This document shows positions 35,685 to 48,236 of a stretch of DNA of 64,000 nucleotides, piece by piece (the stretch's first letter is position 1; each line of letters opens with the position of its first letter). Source of the DNA: Podarcis erhardii (lineage: Eukaryota). Both the position numbers and the translations under genes were made by a program. Location: the NCBI GenBank assembly GCA_964252035.1, contig OZ176208.1, one strand, 5' to 3'. The notes beneath the pieces were generated by a model. The model was not told the origin of the DNA. It saw only the letters and a program-made list of their open reading frames with translations, and searched no databases.

Positions 35685-38600
35685 CTGCAACAGTAGCAAA
35701 ACAAAAAAAGAGTGGATGAATAAATGAAATAAAAGGAGGAAGAGAAGCTGTTTTAACCTACAAATGGAGAGATGTAAAGTGAATATGTAAACACAGATTA
35801 CAGAGAGAATATATATATAGGTGCAAAGATGAATGAAACAGGATGTCCCTCTCTGATCTCTGCTGATTGGGGGGGGGGGCTCAAGCCCTCATTGCAAATT
35901 TATTCCACCTCCAAAAAATATGGAGGCCACATAGAAACACTTGCCTGTATCAGTGTTCCAGGCAGCTCCATATGTGTGCAGACTCTGTGTGCCAGATGTA
36001 TAAATAGCAGGGAACGGTTGTGCTTTAATGCATCTAGTTCATGGGCAACTGCATATAGAAATAGCCTCTTCAATGTTATATCTTCCATATGATACAGTTA
36101 AGACATTTTCAGTGGTCTCCATATGGCAGGCTATAAAGCTTTAATCCAAAGGTAGCCAACATGGTGCCTTCCAAATGTTATCGGATTGTAATTCCCATTA
36201 TAACTAGCCACTGGCTATGCTGGTTGGGAGTTACTTCAATTATATTGAGAAGGCAACACACTGGCTACCCCTGTTTTAATCGGTCATCAGGTACGAGTTC
36301 TCTAGAGAAGTTTTTTTTTTCATGGGCTAAAATAAACCAACAACAGCTGCAGCACAAATTGGGTGTCAAACTCGTAACACTGAACATAGTACTACACAAT
36401 TCTGAATTCACTGCACAATCCTATGTATACATACTCAGAAGTAAGCAACACTGCATTCAATTGAGCTTAATTCCAGGAAAACACTATAGCATTACAGTCT
36501 TGGTTATATATTGAAATTTAATTCTACTGAGAAATCGTTAACATTAAATGCATTGAGCATTGATGTCAGTAATGTATTGTTATGATAGACCCATCTTCAC
36601 TCTTAGCTGCCTTTTTTCATTCCTGCCTCCCTGAAAACAAAACCTATTGATTATCGTTGAATTGGCCAATATAGGCCCATTTCCATTCTGATTTCCAGAT
36701 TAACACATTTGACTTTATAATTAATTATATGTCTTTATTTTTTCAAGTTGTTCATATGTTCATATTAGGCTTCATTTTTGTTTATTTTTCTGACTTAGGT
36801 TCCTTGTTTCCAATTTCTTATCCTATCTGCTTCAAAATTGATGCATTCATTGCCATCGTTCCCTTGTCCGTGATTATGAGGGGAAATTGCATCTTGTTAT
36901 TTTCAAGGATATGAAACTGCTGTTCATAAGAAGCTTTTTTTAAAAATAAAAAACTTTATTGTAGGAAGTTTAGAAATACTTTATTAAAGGAACAGCATAG
37001 AAATACTATTTGGTTCAGAAATACTTTAAAAGCTTATATGTAATTTTATTTTTATTTAAAGATCTTCCAGCTGCTAGGTCCTGTTTCCACTGCTGTTTGT
37101 GAGAATACCATACTGGGTTAAAAATAAATAAATCAGTTACCTTGTTAGCAGTGATCCAATCTCCTTTTTTGAAGACAGGCAGCTAAGAATGATAACTCTA
37201 ATTATTTATCAACTTTATGCACCAGTGCTACATTCCCTCCATAATCCTCCCACCTCCATCAAAAATGAGATAAATTTGGAAAATTATCATGGGAATTACA
37301 ATATCCTGAGTTTTACAATTGAAAATCTTTCAGAAATATTATTCACTAATTGGTATTGGCCATTAGAATAATGGAGAACAAAAACGTTAGATTATCTGTG
37401 TGAACACTCATAGTAAGAATCAAACGGGATAAAAAACAACAACCTACCATGCAGTCCAGCCCGTACTAACAGAGGAGACTTACCCAACCAATATAGTTCA
37501 ATTTAATCTGTACAATCTAGCGGACCATTCAGATGTTTCCCTGTAGAAGTGTGTTGAGGAAATACAGATTGTGTGGGCAAAGCCTATGCATGAACAGCTT
37601 GTACACCCATAGGCTCTGTGCAGATAACACAATCAATGTGTGGATACTTGGAGTCAGGGGTAGCAGGTGAGATCCCAATCCATCCTTCACAAATTGATCA
37701 CATGAAGATACAGTATGTTTTCTAAACAAACCCTTTAGTCTAGTGCTCTGTTTCAGGCATGAACTTCAGAGCTTCTCCATTTCATTAGAAGTAGCCAATT
37801 TATACGTGCATTCCCTTCCTTTGTGGAATAAATGAATGCATTTTCTGCAGGCACACATACACACGTTCTCTGTGCACTGAGGTAGTTACACGGAGAAGCT
37901 CTGAAAACAGAATCCATCATATGCTGATACTTATTCACAGAGTAAACGTAATTGAACTCCATGTATTTTTACCTATTGCATTTATTTTTTGCTTCCAAGT
38001 TAAAAAAAAAAAATCTAGCTGATATTGTGCCATCATTTTACCAAGCACACAGCTGGAAAAAAATATGGGTGCCAATATACATGAGTTCTGATGTAAAGAC
38101 CATCTGTTCATTCCAGGCTTTTTCTTCCTCTTGCCACTCTTTCTAAATGCATCCAAACTGTTGATAGATATAATCCTGTTCAAAATTTGACACTATCAAT
38201 TTGTATTTTGTAATCTAAGGTATAATAATGAAAGACCCAGCTCTTCAAAGTACCATAACATCAAATTAGGATAATTGATAATGAAACTATGTTATTAAGA
38301 ACATTATATTTGCCAGATTGCTTAAATGGGTTTGGTGCTGGTATCCCTTCTCTCTTGACATTTTCCATGTCCTACAGATTCTAGCTCGAGTCAATTGTTC
38401 TTCATATCTAGGTGATGCAGGAGTTCCAATCATGTGGAAACATATGTGTGGGCCTTTACTCATGCATAGGCTCTTGGTATGCACATGGCCAGTGATGTGC
38501 AAGACATTGGGGGTGGAGTCAACTGTGTACTCTCACTGCCCTGTTTAATCCATGACTGGATTATATGACTGAATGGGAATTTTTATGGTTCATTGTCTCT

Positions 38601-39379
38601 TGAAGCCTTCACCTCTAAACTGATGAAGGCCTCCTGAAAGCAGCTAAGAACTGTGATTGCCAATTTTATCCATTATTACAAGTATAACAAACTGTAAAAC
38701 TGGATGCCAGTTACTAGCTAGTATAAAACTACACCTTTCCAAAGGCACTGACATTCACTGGTTCAATTGGGTATTTTGTGGACTTTACACTTTACACTTT
38801 AGATGTAATGTATATTCTCCTCTTATTTTGAAATGTAGTAAGCCATCACTGTTGAGTCTGAGAGTCCTCCTGTCAATTATGCTGAATGAGGCCTTTGACT
38901 TCTGCCCCGAAGCCCCACATGAAAGCACCACTGATATTTGCTTCAAGTGGTAATATCTTCAATAGAAAATGGTCATACAAGGTCTGAGCCTTAACCTGCT
39001 GAAATCTGGACTCCCAGTGATTTCAAGATCCAACAGTATATTCAAGAGATTTAGGTCTGTCTTAGGGCATGTCCACATTACCAATTTGCATTTGTTTCAA
39101 ACAAGTTTAACCGCCATTGCTTCTAGCAAAGAAATTTGTTGGGATCTGCAAAAAAATACTTTTCATTGACTGTTGAAGTCACAAATTCTTTGGGGTGTGG
39201 AGTCGTAATGCTACAAAATGGCTTCAATATGAAGTGTAATTGAGTCCTTTAATCTGAATGGTTAGAACTTTTGCATTGAAACAATAACACAGGAAAATGC
39301 ACATCCAAAATAAGCATTAGTTCAAGCTGACGAGATTCTAATTATTATCTTCCTTTGTCTTCTGTTGTGTATTACTTAC

Positions 39380-39483
39380 CCAGAATGAACGGGGCTAGCA
39401 GAAAGAGTGACATTGTCCAGGTTGTCAGGGCTCCAGCTTAAGCGATATGAATTTCTCTCACCTTCTTTGGCCAATGTGGATAC
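39380..39483 (-). CDS. ANK2: ANK2 linker exon (104 nt, phase 0-2): [35 protein letters not shown]
   Basis: AAG acceptor, GTAAGT donor. Confidence 0.94.
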
Positions 39484-40668
39484 CTTGAAAAGCAAATAAA
39501 TTTAACTTTTCTGTTTTTGTACCTTTGTTCTTCTCTTTATTTACGACACTGAACCAACCCAAACCAATGTTTTCTATGCCTCTGATGGAGTTGGTTCACA
39601 AAAAGCTATAAAATTCTAAAATGAAAGTGAAAAAGGTCATGTGTGTAATTTAGTTAATGACCAACTAAATATACTTCTGAGTTATTTAGATATCAAGCTC
39701 TACTCTGGAATCACTGTGGCAGCATTTCATTGCTCCTATATGATTCCAGCCCAAAGGATTGCCATCCAACTAAGTTATAGTCAGAGTAAACTCAGTGAAA
39801 TCAGCTAACATAACGTGAGTCCATAGATTTAAATGGGTCTATGTCGAGTATGCCTTAACTGGATACACTCCTGTAGCTTCTAACACTAAAAAGTGGCTAC
39901 ATAAAACAGTATCAATTGCTGAAATGGTGGAACATGCTCAAATTGTCCAAATACGAGAACAAAAAAGAAATATATAAATATTTGAACTACATTTTTTACC
40001 ATTTATTAATTTTGGGGGAAATCAAAACAACCTAGATTTGCCTCACCATGTCCTAATGTTTCTTGTGCCAGTACTATTTCCTCTGTCAGTTAATTTCTGT
40101 CAGCAAATTATAGAACCTGGATATACAAGACTTATAGTCATTCCTCCCTTTAGACATGTATATTACTGTGAAGCACATAGATAATATTTATATTCTCAGA
40201 ACAGTGTATATACCTCAACTGGGACAAATGTGATTGCAAAGGACACTGCCCCCCCCCCAAAAAACACACCACACAGCTATACAGAAAATGCACTTGCAAA
40301 TATTGTGTCTTATGAAGCAGTTATCTGCTTTATACTAAGTGGAAAATAATCTCTGTCCTCATTTGGAAAACCTAAGCAGCTGACAAAATAAAACTGCCAA
40401 AAATTGGGTGAAATTTTGCTGTAGATGTATTTAAGCATTTCTTTCATGCTACTTTTTTTTGCTGTCAGCCATAAAACAGTATTGTGAATGATACAGAGGG
40501 AAATTATTCAGCTAGACAACATTATAAAATCAGGCAAGACCCAAGAAACACACAGCAGTTGACAGTTGACAGTTCACCCAAACAGTGACAATGCATAAAA
40601 GACAATTAAGAATGGCAACATTAAAGTTACCAGTTTGAGAGGTTTGCAAAGCTACCATAACATCTCAC

Positions 40669-40771
40669 CTGGTGGCTGGGGATAACAACCGTGTCATCAA
40701 TCATGGCGCTGTCTCTCAAGTAGGAGGCGTGGCTCAGAGTATGGGACCTGTCTGAACTGAAGGATCGTAGG
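40669..40771 (-). CDS. ANK2: ANK2 linker exon (103 nt, phase 2-0): [35 protein letters not shown]
   Basis: CAG acceptor, GTGAG donor; an in-frame internal acceptor 15 nt downstream would start the exon at 40756. Confidence 0.94.
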
Positions 40772-43588
40772 CTGGTAGGTTGGCAACATTATCAGCAGTT
40801 GAGATGGTGTTGTGAAGATGGGATTGTGGGCAGAGCAAAGGAGTGAAGAAAGCATGCTATTAGCAAATAGAGTGCAACTTCCAGGGGGATGATTTAAGCA
40901 CTCCAATAAAACCCTCCACTCTTCCTCCCCCCCCCCCACCAACTTTTTTTCTTTTTTCTCAAAACCATTGGAATCCAACAGAATCCCATTCTGTTCAATC
41001 TACAGTATGGAAATAGTTTGAAGTAGTAACCCTGTGGCTTATTGGTTTCCCTTATACTTAAAAGTAACAAGCAACCCATTCCATCATTCTTTGTCCTGTT
41101 GAAATATATATATCACTCATAATTTTAAGGGAATTATTCAGGAAGGAAAAAAAATGAAGTAAGTTCCTCTGACAAGCAACGGTATGCTACTTAGTCCCCT
41201 GGAAGGTACACAGAAGGTAGCCAGCCATATGCTCTTTTCATAGTGCACAATTCTGCTTTTATATACCAGCAGAATTTATAAACAAGCAAAAACAAAACAA
41301 AACACTGTCACCTTTACGTCACCTTTATATGCACAACATATAAAATCATTTGCAGTAGCAATGATAGATGCAAAGCAAAATAAGCTACTTTCGTACACCA
41401 ACTAATGGCTTAATTGAACTAACTGCTATCACCTCAAATATCAAAATGCAAACATACTAAGCTACATGGAGTTTTGGCTATAATTTTGTACCTCAAATAT
41501 TGATTAAGAAGCTTAAATCACTGAAACTATTACCAAGCTATAGTTCATATATTTGTGTTTTGTGCGCAATACTTAATATGTTTCCAGTTGCCAAGTAACA
41601 TAATAATGTTAGGAATGAATTAAGATTGAAGAAACAGTTGAGTAGCAACATTTATTTACACAGCACATTTTACTACCTCAGTGTTAACTATTAATGGATA
41701 TTAAATTTATAAATAATGGAAAAAAATATTTCCCATCATTAGTACATAAGTATATGTAGCTTACTCTCTCTCTCTATATATATATAAAGATTATATTTGA
41801 TATGTTCTTAATAGTTCTTATATTGTGATCTGTGGTTGCAATTCTGCATGCAATGACATGTACAGAAATCCTGCCAGTTTTGATTGGATTAAACTGAACT
41901 GAACTGATTTCAGCCGATTGATTGATTTCAAGAAGTGGCTTTCCAGGGACCCTAGCTTTCCTCCCATGACCAGAACAGAGTTCACCGAAGAGGGTTTTAG
42001 TGCTTGGGGAATTTTTGGGAATGGCATAGGCTATAGTGCAAAGGGCTGCTGATGGAGAAAACAGTTGGTCCCTCCCTCGCATAAATGGAGAGAGAAGCAA
42101 CTTAGGACCCAAGTCAATGTCATCAGGACATTTCAGCTCTAAAATTGTATGATTATCTTCTAGTCACATTTTAACTGCTGAGGTATGATATGCAATGCAA
42201 TCCTAAACATGTTTACAACACATGTGCCTCTGTGCTAAAAGGGAGTTAGTCCCCAAATTTGCAAAGGCTGGTAATAGCAACCTTGCATTTTTAAATAAAC
42301 CTTGGAAGTGACAATAGCTGTTACGCGTGTATCATTTTTAACTGAAGGAAGTTGAGCTAAGTCAACTTGTGGGGTGAGTGTTATATTAAAAAACAAATAG
42401 AATTGTTCCTTTAAAAATCAATGTAAGTCTTAAATATGTGGATAATATCGTGTCTGCTTTGGCCACGAAAACTTGGTCCTCAGAAAAATTGCTTGGCCTT
42501 CATTCAATTTTATCCTTTCTTTAAAAAAAAACAAAAAACTTCAGTAGCAAAACCCCATTCTTTATAAATTATTGAAGCATCTGGAGCACTACCATGCAAG
42601 GTTGGCAAAGGACCCCAAATGATGCTTTGTTAATTGAACGTTACAATAGTTAACATCATCCAATCAACCAGACATATGTAAGGCTGAAATTACTACAGGC
42701 CTTTAAAGATGTTACTTGGTTTTTCTCTGGTGGTTGCAAACCACAACAACTGCAATTCATTCAAGTTCCTATCTGGATCCTGGGACTTGGTTATGCATAT
42801 ACCCCATTTGTGCAAAATATGGACTTTAGCCATTGATGGCTGTACGAAGTAAACAAAAATTAGTGATAAATCAGGGGTCAAAATACCCCATTAACATTTT
42901 CAGGCAGATAGCAACATACTGTTGTCTATGAAAAGCAAAATGTAATTTATTTCAGATATGCTATTGAGGTATCTTAAGTAAAGGTGACCTAACAAAAAGA
43001 AACTCAAAGTTGTTGATCATAAACAGATGCTATCCATTAATTTCATGCTATCCTCAGCCACACCAATTATTTATCTTTTCTTCTCCTGACACCTTTTGTA
43101 CTTTCTAACATTGAGTTAGTGATTCATAGAATCTCACATAAAAGGACCGAGGAGCAGTGAGACTAGGATCTCCAGAGCATTTACTCATACTTGTCAGAGA
43201 CTGGTTTTCTTCTTGTAAGTCTTATTGAGCAAAGTCAGGTACAAACAGTTCTTTCTATCTATTGTAATAGCTATTTATAATTGAAAATGGGCAGCATGTT
43301 AACGTTGTTATCTTTCTGAAATCAATATGTGTCTTGATTGTTTTTTAAGCCTGCCTTCAGCTGGCAGCATTGCACATGCCGCAAAATAATGAGTTAAGAT
43401 TTTGGTTGAGATCATCGTTAATTGCAACCACAATGGTATTTTAGTTGTTCCTTCAAAACTGACCAACTGTAATAAACAAAACCTTCAAAATCCTCCAGCA
43501 CATCTACAGCATGGATGCGGGTATTTAATGACAGATGCCACAAGGGAGCACTGAAGAGAACATCATTTTCATGCTGTATAATACCTAC

Positions 43589-43600
43589 CTGGGCACAGTG
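43589..43600 (-). CDS. ANK2: ANK2 candidate 12-nt microexon CACTGTGCCCAG (adds STVP, phase 2-2)
   Basis: Long pyrimidine tract with TGC before TAG, strong CAG|GTAGGT donor, frame-preserving between exons 44173 and 40771. Confidence 0.7.
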
Positions 43601-44172
43601 CTAATGAAAGCATACAAAGAGGGGAGAGAGAAATAATAAACATGGAACATGATTGTGAAAGAAAAACCATGATTGTGAAAGAAAAACCAGAGGATCTAAA
43701 GCTGAGCTTCTTAAAATAAGTCAGTTCCATAAGCCTCGGCTGGCTAATAGATAGAAGAAGGTACATTTCCCATAGCAGAAAGCAATGGCATAACCACTGA
43801 ACTGCATAGGCTTTCTTTACTGCAATGAAGATCCATATATTTAAGCTAACAATATCATATGTTTAGTGCTTTTAATATTCAGATGGAACATCTCTGTACC
43901 TTTTCATTTTCATGTGAGCTGTGATTAGGGTATTTGGCTGAAATCTGAGGGGGGAGCTTTATGTACACATTTCGAGCCAGTTCTCCCTCAGTAAATATTC
44001 TTCCTCAGTAAATATTCTTCTGTGAATCTACAAGGTAGGCATTCTCTATGCCCACCAAGTCTCTGGGCTTTGAAAGTGTCCTAAAATTCATCCACATACT
44101 GTACTGGGAGTATATTCAGCAAAAATACTATAGATGTGTTAGAAAAATATAATATTCTTGCTGTAGTAGTAC

Positions 44173-44317
44173 CTGTCAGATCGGCCTCCTTCCAGGCTGT
44201 ACCTCAGGTAGTTCATACCATCTAAGAACTGGCTGCTGGGTAAGGAATCATCGCCTAATTCTTTCAGATCTTCCGGTCTAAGATATTCTCCCCCATCTCC
44301 TGTCATAGTGTCGTCAC
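44173..44317 (-). CDS. ANK2: ANK2 linker exon (145 nt, phase 1-2): [48 protein letters not shown]
   Basis: AAG acceptor, GTAC donor; contained in ORF 44139..44327. Confidence 0.96.
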
Positions 44318-44869
44318 CTTGAGCCAAAACACATACAAATTCACAAGATCAATAAACTAATGAAGCCCTACAGCACTGGAAAAGTATGGTCACATATTAG
44401 GTGGATCACCTCAAACACAAACAAACAAAACAGGGAACATTATCCTCATTCTTGAAGCACAGCAAGCACAAGCTGTTAATACACACTAAGAAAACACTGG
44501 CAGATTAAGTGGGATGATATCAGTGTAAGTTTTAAAAAAAAACATCAACTGCACCTCACATTGAATCAGTCTTTTGTCCTTTGCCATTATACATACTGTT
44601 GGCTGAACTAATTTTACTTTTGTTCCTTTTTTCCACTTAGTTTCTTGGACACAGCTGGCCTCTGACAGAAACTGCTTCCACATGAGACATTAAAATTTGA
44701 CTTTGAGCCCCTATTGCACTATTATGTGCCATATGAGAATGTCATTAATGTGGGACAGAATGTAGAAAAGAAACAGAAATATATTTTCTAGCCAGCAGGG
44801 AGTTTATATTGGCACTATACTCTCATTTTCAGAAAAGCTCAATTAAATATCAGATGTGAACAGAGAAAG

Positions 44870-45030
44870 CTGCCTAATGTTTGGATCAGGCTATTTGCCC
44901 ATTTAGTTCAGCATTGTCTACTCATACTGGCAGCAGAGGTCTTTCCCATCAGCTCCTACCTGATCCTCTTAAATGGAGGTGACAATGACTACACCTGGGA
45001 CCTTCTGCATGCAAAGCAAGGAAGAAACAG
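44870..45030 (-). mobile_element. Old SINE fragment, same family as 47575-47750
   Basis: Minus-strand GCATGCAGAAGGTCCCAGG head and shared tail ccatttagttcagcattgtctac. Confidence 0.5.
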
Positions 45031-47043
45031 CATATATAAAACCTGGTGGGGAATATATGTATATATAAAGGGGGGGGGAGAGCTTGTGCAAATAGAAGAG
45101 CTTCTCTGGACCTGTGGTGGGGAGCATTTTTCTTTTGCAGTGATCTTCCACTAAGACAGAAACAGGCCTTTTATGAACTGTGAAAATGTTTGGATCCAAG
45201 CAAGCGTAAGTTCTGGATCTTAATTCAAACTTTGTAAGGCACCAAGGCAAAACTGACTTTCAGATTACTTTCAAAATAATAATAAAAAAGTGTCACATTA
45301 AACATTCCAACCATAACAGAAAATGGTTCACATTCATTATGAGGCAATGATGCACTGGATCCAGACTTAGTCATGCGTAGAGCAGACCCAGTGAAATTTG
45401 TCTTAAGTTTGTCCATTCCAAACATGAATGAATCCGAGTCAAACCCTATGACTACACATTATTCACCTTGAACCAGCAGCATCTAGTAATGACTGCTGAC
45501 CTAACAGTCTTGCACCGAACCAATGAACCAGACACTCTCTCTATAGTAAACACAGTTACCATGAGAAAGAGTGAAGACGTATCTGTTCTGATGATGCTCA
45601 CATGGAAAAGCAGATCAGGAACTGGGGGATGTATTCCTCTTTTAAAGGAAACCATACTCTTGTATCCTCCTCTCTCCAGGTACTTTTCACTTAAACTTAA
45701 ATCATGTCAGGGATTTATAACAGGGAAGGGGAGCCTGTGACCCTCTGGACATTCTTGGGCTCCAACTCCCATCAGCCCCAGTCATCATGGCCAATGGTCA
45801 GGGATGATGGGAGATGTAGTTCAACAACACCTGGAGGGTCACAGGTTTGCCATCTCTGGTTTGGCGAGTTATTCTTTGTGCAAATCTTTGTAACCATAGC
45901 TACTTCAGGGTATTATATTGCCGCTTTGACCAGCCATGCTGTCTAGACCCAAATAATTGTCAGTTAAGTGATTACAGATGGGCATCACATTATGTCAGCT
46001 GCACACAGCTCCCAGAGGCTCTAATGGAACTGTCGGCAACTGAACCGCTAAAATGGAAATACTGAACATCTGTCCCTGCTGCGTCGTGAGAGCAGCAGCA
46101 TACAAAAACCGTATTCTTGCAATCGTCTGATGGGGGAGGGGAAGAACACCCCCCTCCTGAAATAAAGGCAAACACTGGGGCATTTTGCTGGAATCTTTAG
46201 AAACCTGTTTCAGTGGTAATGGCAGGTAAAGCATCCACTACATTAACGAAGCCTTTCTGCAGGAGCTGCATATTCATCATATTTCACTATATTCATCGCT
46301 TTTTTGAACAACCTGGTAGGTGGCCATATGCCAATACAGAGGCTACCTAGTTAAACTCTGCAAAAATCCTTAACTTTCCTCTCAGAAGAATTTTCAAGGC
46401 CTTGAACAAATATATTGGGTTATTGAAATACACTTCGGGGTGGGGTGGAGCATTCTTTCTTAACATGAATCTGAAACTTTTAGTATTCTATCAAAACTGC
46501 ATTCTACACAGCATAACATGATTTCAAATAAGAACTTGACATTTTCTTCTAAAGAGGAAGCCATCTTGACAAACGTCACACAGTGAAGAAAAATCACCAT
46601 TGTTGTTTCTTAATATTTATCAGTGGTCTCTCTGTTAATGAATCCTAATGCCCTAGGAGGGTACAATACTTATTTAACTTACAATAATACAACCATACAA
46701 AACTAGCAACTAAATAGTAAGATCACAGAAGGTAATTTTATCATTCCAATATACTTTATTTAAATCTGAATTTGTAGAACATGAACTATGTCTTAAACAT
46801 TCTTAAAAGGCAGAACTAACTATCCAGAGAGCCAGCTACAAAATTAAGGCTCTGTTTTGGGGGCCAGTGTGGGCAAAACTGAAATCATGCAGAGACCCAC
46901 ACACAAATTCACTGGCATAGATCAGAGTTAGGCATTCCATAAACACGTGTCTCTGTTTCAGAAAAGAGGTGGGACAGTAAACAATTAAACAATAAAAATA
47001 AAAACAGTTTTGTGCCTCACTCTAAGAACTCTTAACACTGTAC

Positions 47044-47100
47044 CTGCATCACTAAAGGCATCCTCATCAGTGAAATGATCATAGTCAGAGTGTTTAAAAG
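47044..47100 (-). CDS. ANK2: ANK2 probable alternative cassette exon (57 nt, phase 1-1): (A)FKHSDYDHFTDEDAFSDA
   Basis: tgttatgcag acceptor, GTACAG donor, symmetric phase, no stop in the ANK2 frame, acidic linker-like peptide. Confidence 0.75.
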
Positions 47101-47574
47101 CTGCATAACACATAAGTTAAATTTCAGGAACAGGGTCAAAAGGGAGCAACTAACGGCATATGGTAGACTGGGAAAAAATTCCATTACCTTGCAACCAAGA
47201 GAAAACCAAAATTATTTAAAATAAACATGGAGGGGGTGAGGGAGCGGTATATATACTGAACAACAGGAGGAGGATTAGAGAAAATCAAAGTAATTCTTCA
47301 CATGGTAGATCAGTCTAGAGGCCAACACTCGATGAATCACTGGAGATTCATGATCTGATCCTCCTACCTTCAAATTTCTCTTTAAAAGCAGCCATTTGAT
47401 GAGTTGCCCTTTCACCTCTGGCATTTTCCAAATACAAATAATGTGCTCTGCCCACCCAGCTATTTGCTCCAGTGGAGAAAATATACAGGTACACATATGC
47501 TTATTGTAACAGGGCAAACAGCAGCTGCAAGATGGTAGGGAGGGCTAAAAAGACCTCCCAATAAATGAGATGAT

Positions 47575-47750
47575 AAGAAGCTGCCAGACCATTGGTCCAT
47601 CTAACTCAGTATGATCCATGTGGACTGGCCAAGACTCCTCAATGTTTTCCACAGGACTGTTTCCTAATTCTACCTGAAGATGCCAAGGATTGAATCTGGA
47701 ACCTTTTGCAATCAAACCACATACATTATCACTTAGCTATGGCCCACCTT
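47575..47750 (-). mobile_element. Old tRNA-headed SINE with CR1-like tail
   Basis: Minus-strand AAGGTTCCAGATTCAATCCTTGGCATCTTC B-box region; a similar copy lies near 44870-45030. Confidence 0.55.
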
Positions 47751-47971
47751 CATCTAATCACAAATCTTTAATGTCTCTTATATTTGATGCTAACTTATCT
47801 TTTTAATAAATAAATTAATTAATTAACAAGCATCTGTACATTTGTTTTTTAGCTTATGGTTTTTTTTCAATCTTTTGAATTAGCCACTTTAAGTAATGTG
47901 ATAGTTTCTTAAATGCAAAGTTCAGTATATATTATAACCAGTCTGGCTTATGTGGTTTGTGGTCAGCTTAC

Positions 47972-48044
47972 CTTCCTCATCAGACACATCCAAGACTTCA
48001 GTCATAGTTTCAGGTACATTGAGCTTGTGTTTCTCAGTTACAGT
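47972..48044 (-). CDS. ANK2: ANK2 linker exon (73 nt, phase 0-1): [24 protein letters not shown]
   Basis: Strong polypyrimidine CAG acceptor, GTAAG donor; contained in ORF 47922..48224. Confidence 0.96.
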
Positions 48045-48111
48045 CTGGAAAAGAGAGAGAGAAAGAGACATCAATAAACAGGTTAAATAGTGGGGAAAAC
48101 AAACAAACACA

Positions 48112-48145
<34 letters not shown>

Positions 48146-48190
48146 GGTTTTGGTGTCCTCGGGTGTCTTCCCGTGTAAAAGTTGGGGTGT

Positions 48191-48236
48191 CTAGGCGACG
48201 TTTCGACGAGGTCTCACTCGTCATCTTCAGGCTGGT
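48191..48236 (-). ncRNA. Minimal type I hammerhead ribozyme motif in the PLE 3' region
   Basis: Minus strand CUGAAGA-U-GACGAG(UGAGAC)CUCGUC-GAAA-C-GUC: complete core, 6-bp stem II, palindromic ACGU in place of stem III; stem I has only 2 clear base pairs. Confidence 0.7.

Noticed and set aside
38613-38633. 21-nt AG...GT candidate microexon
   Set aside because: Contains TAG in the ANK2 frame and has no additional support; chance occurrence in a long intron is plausible.
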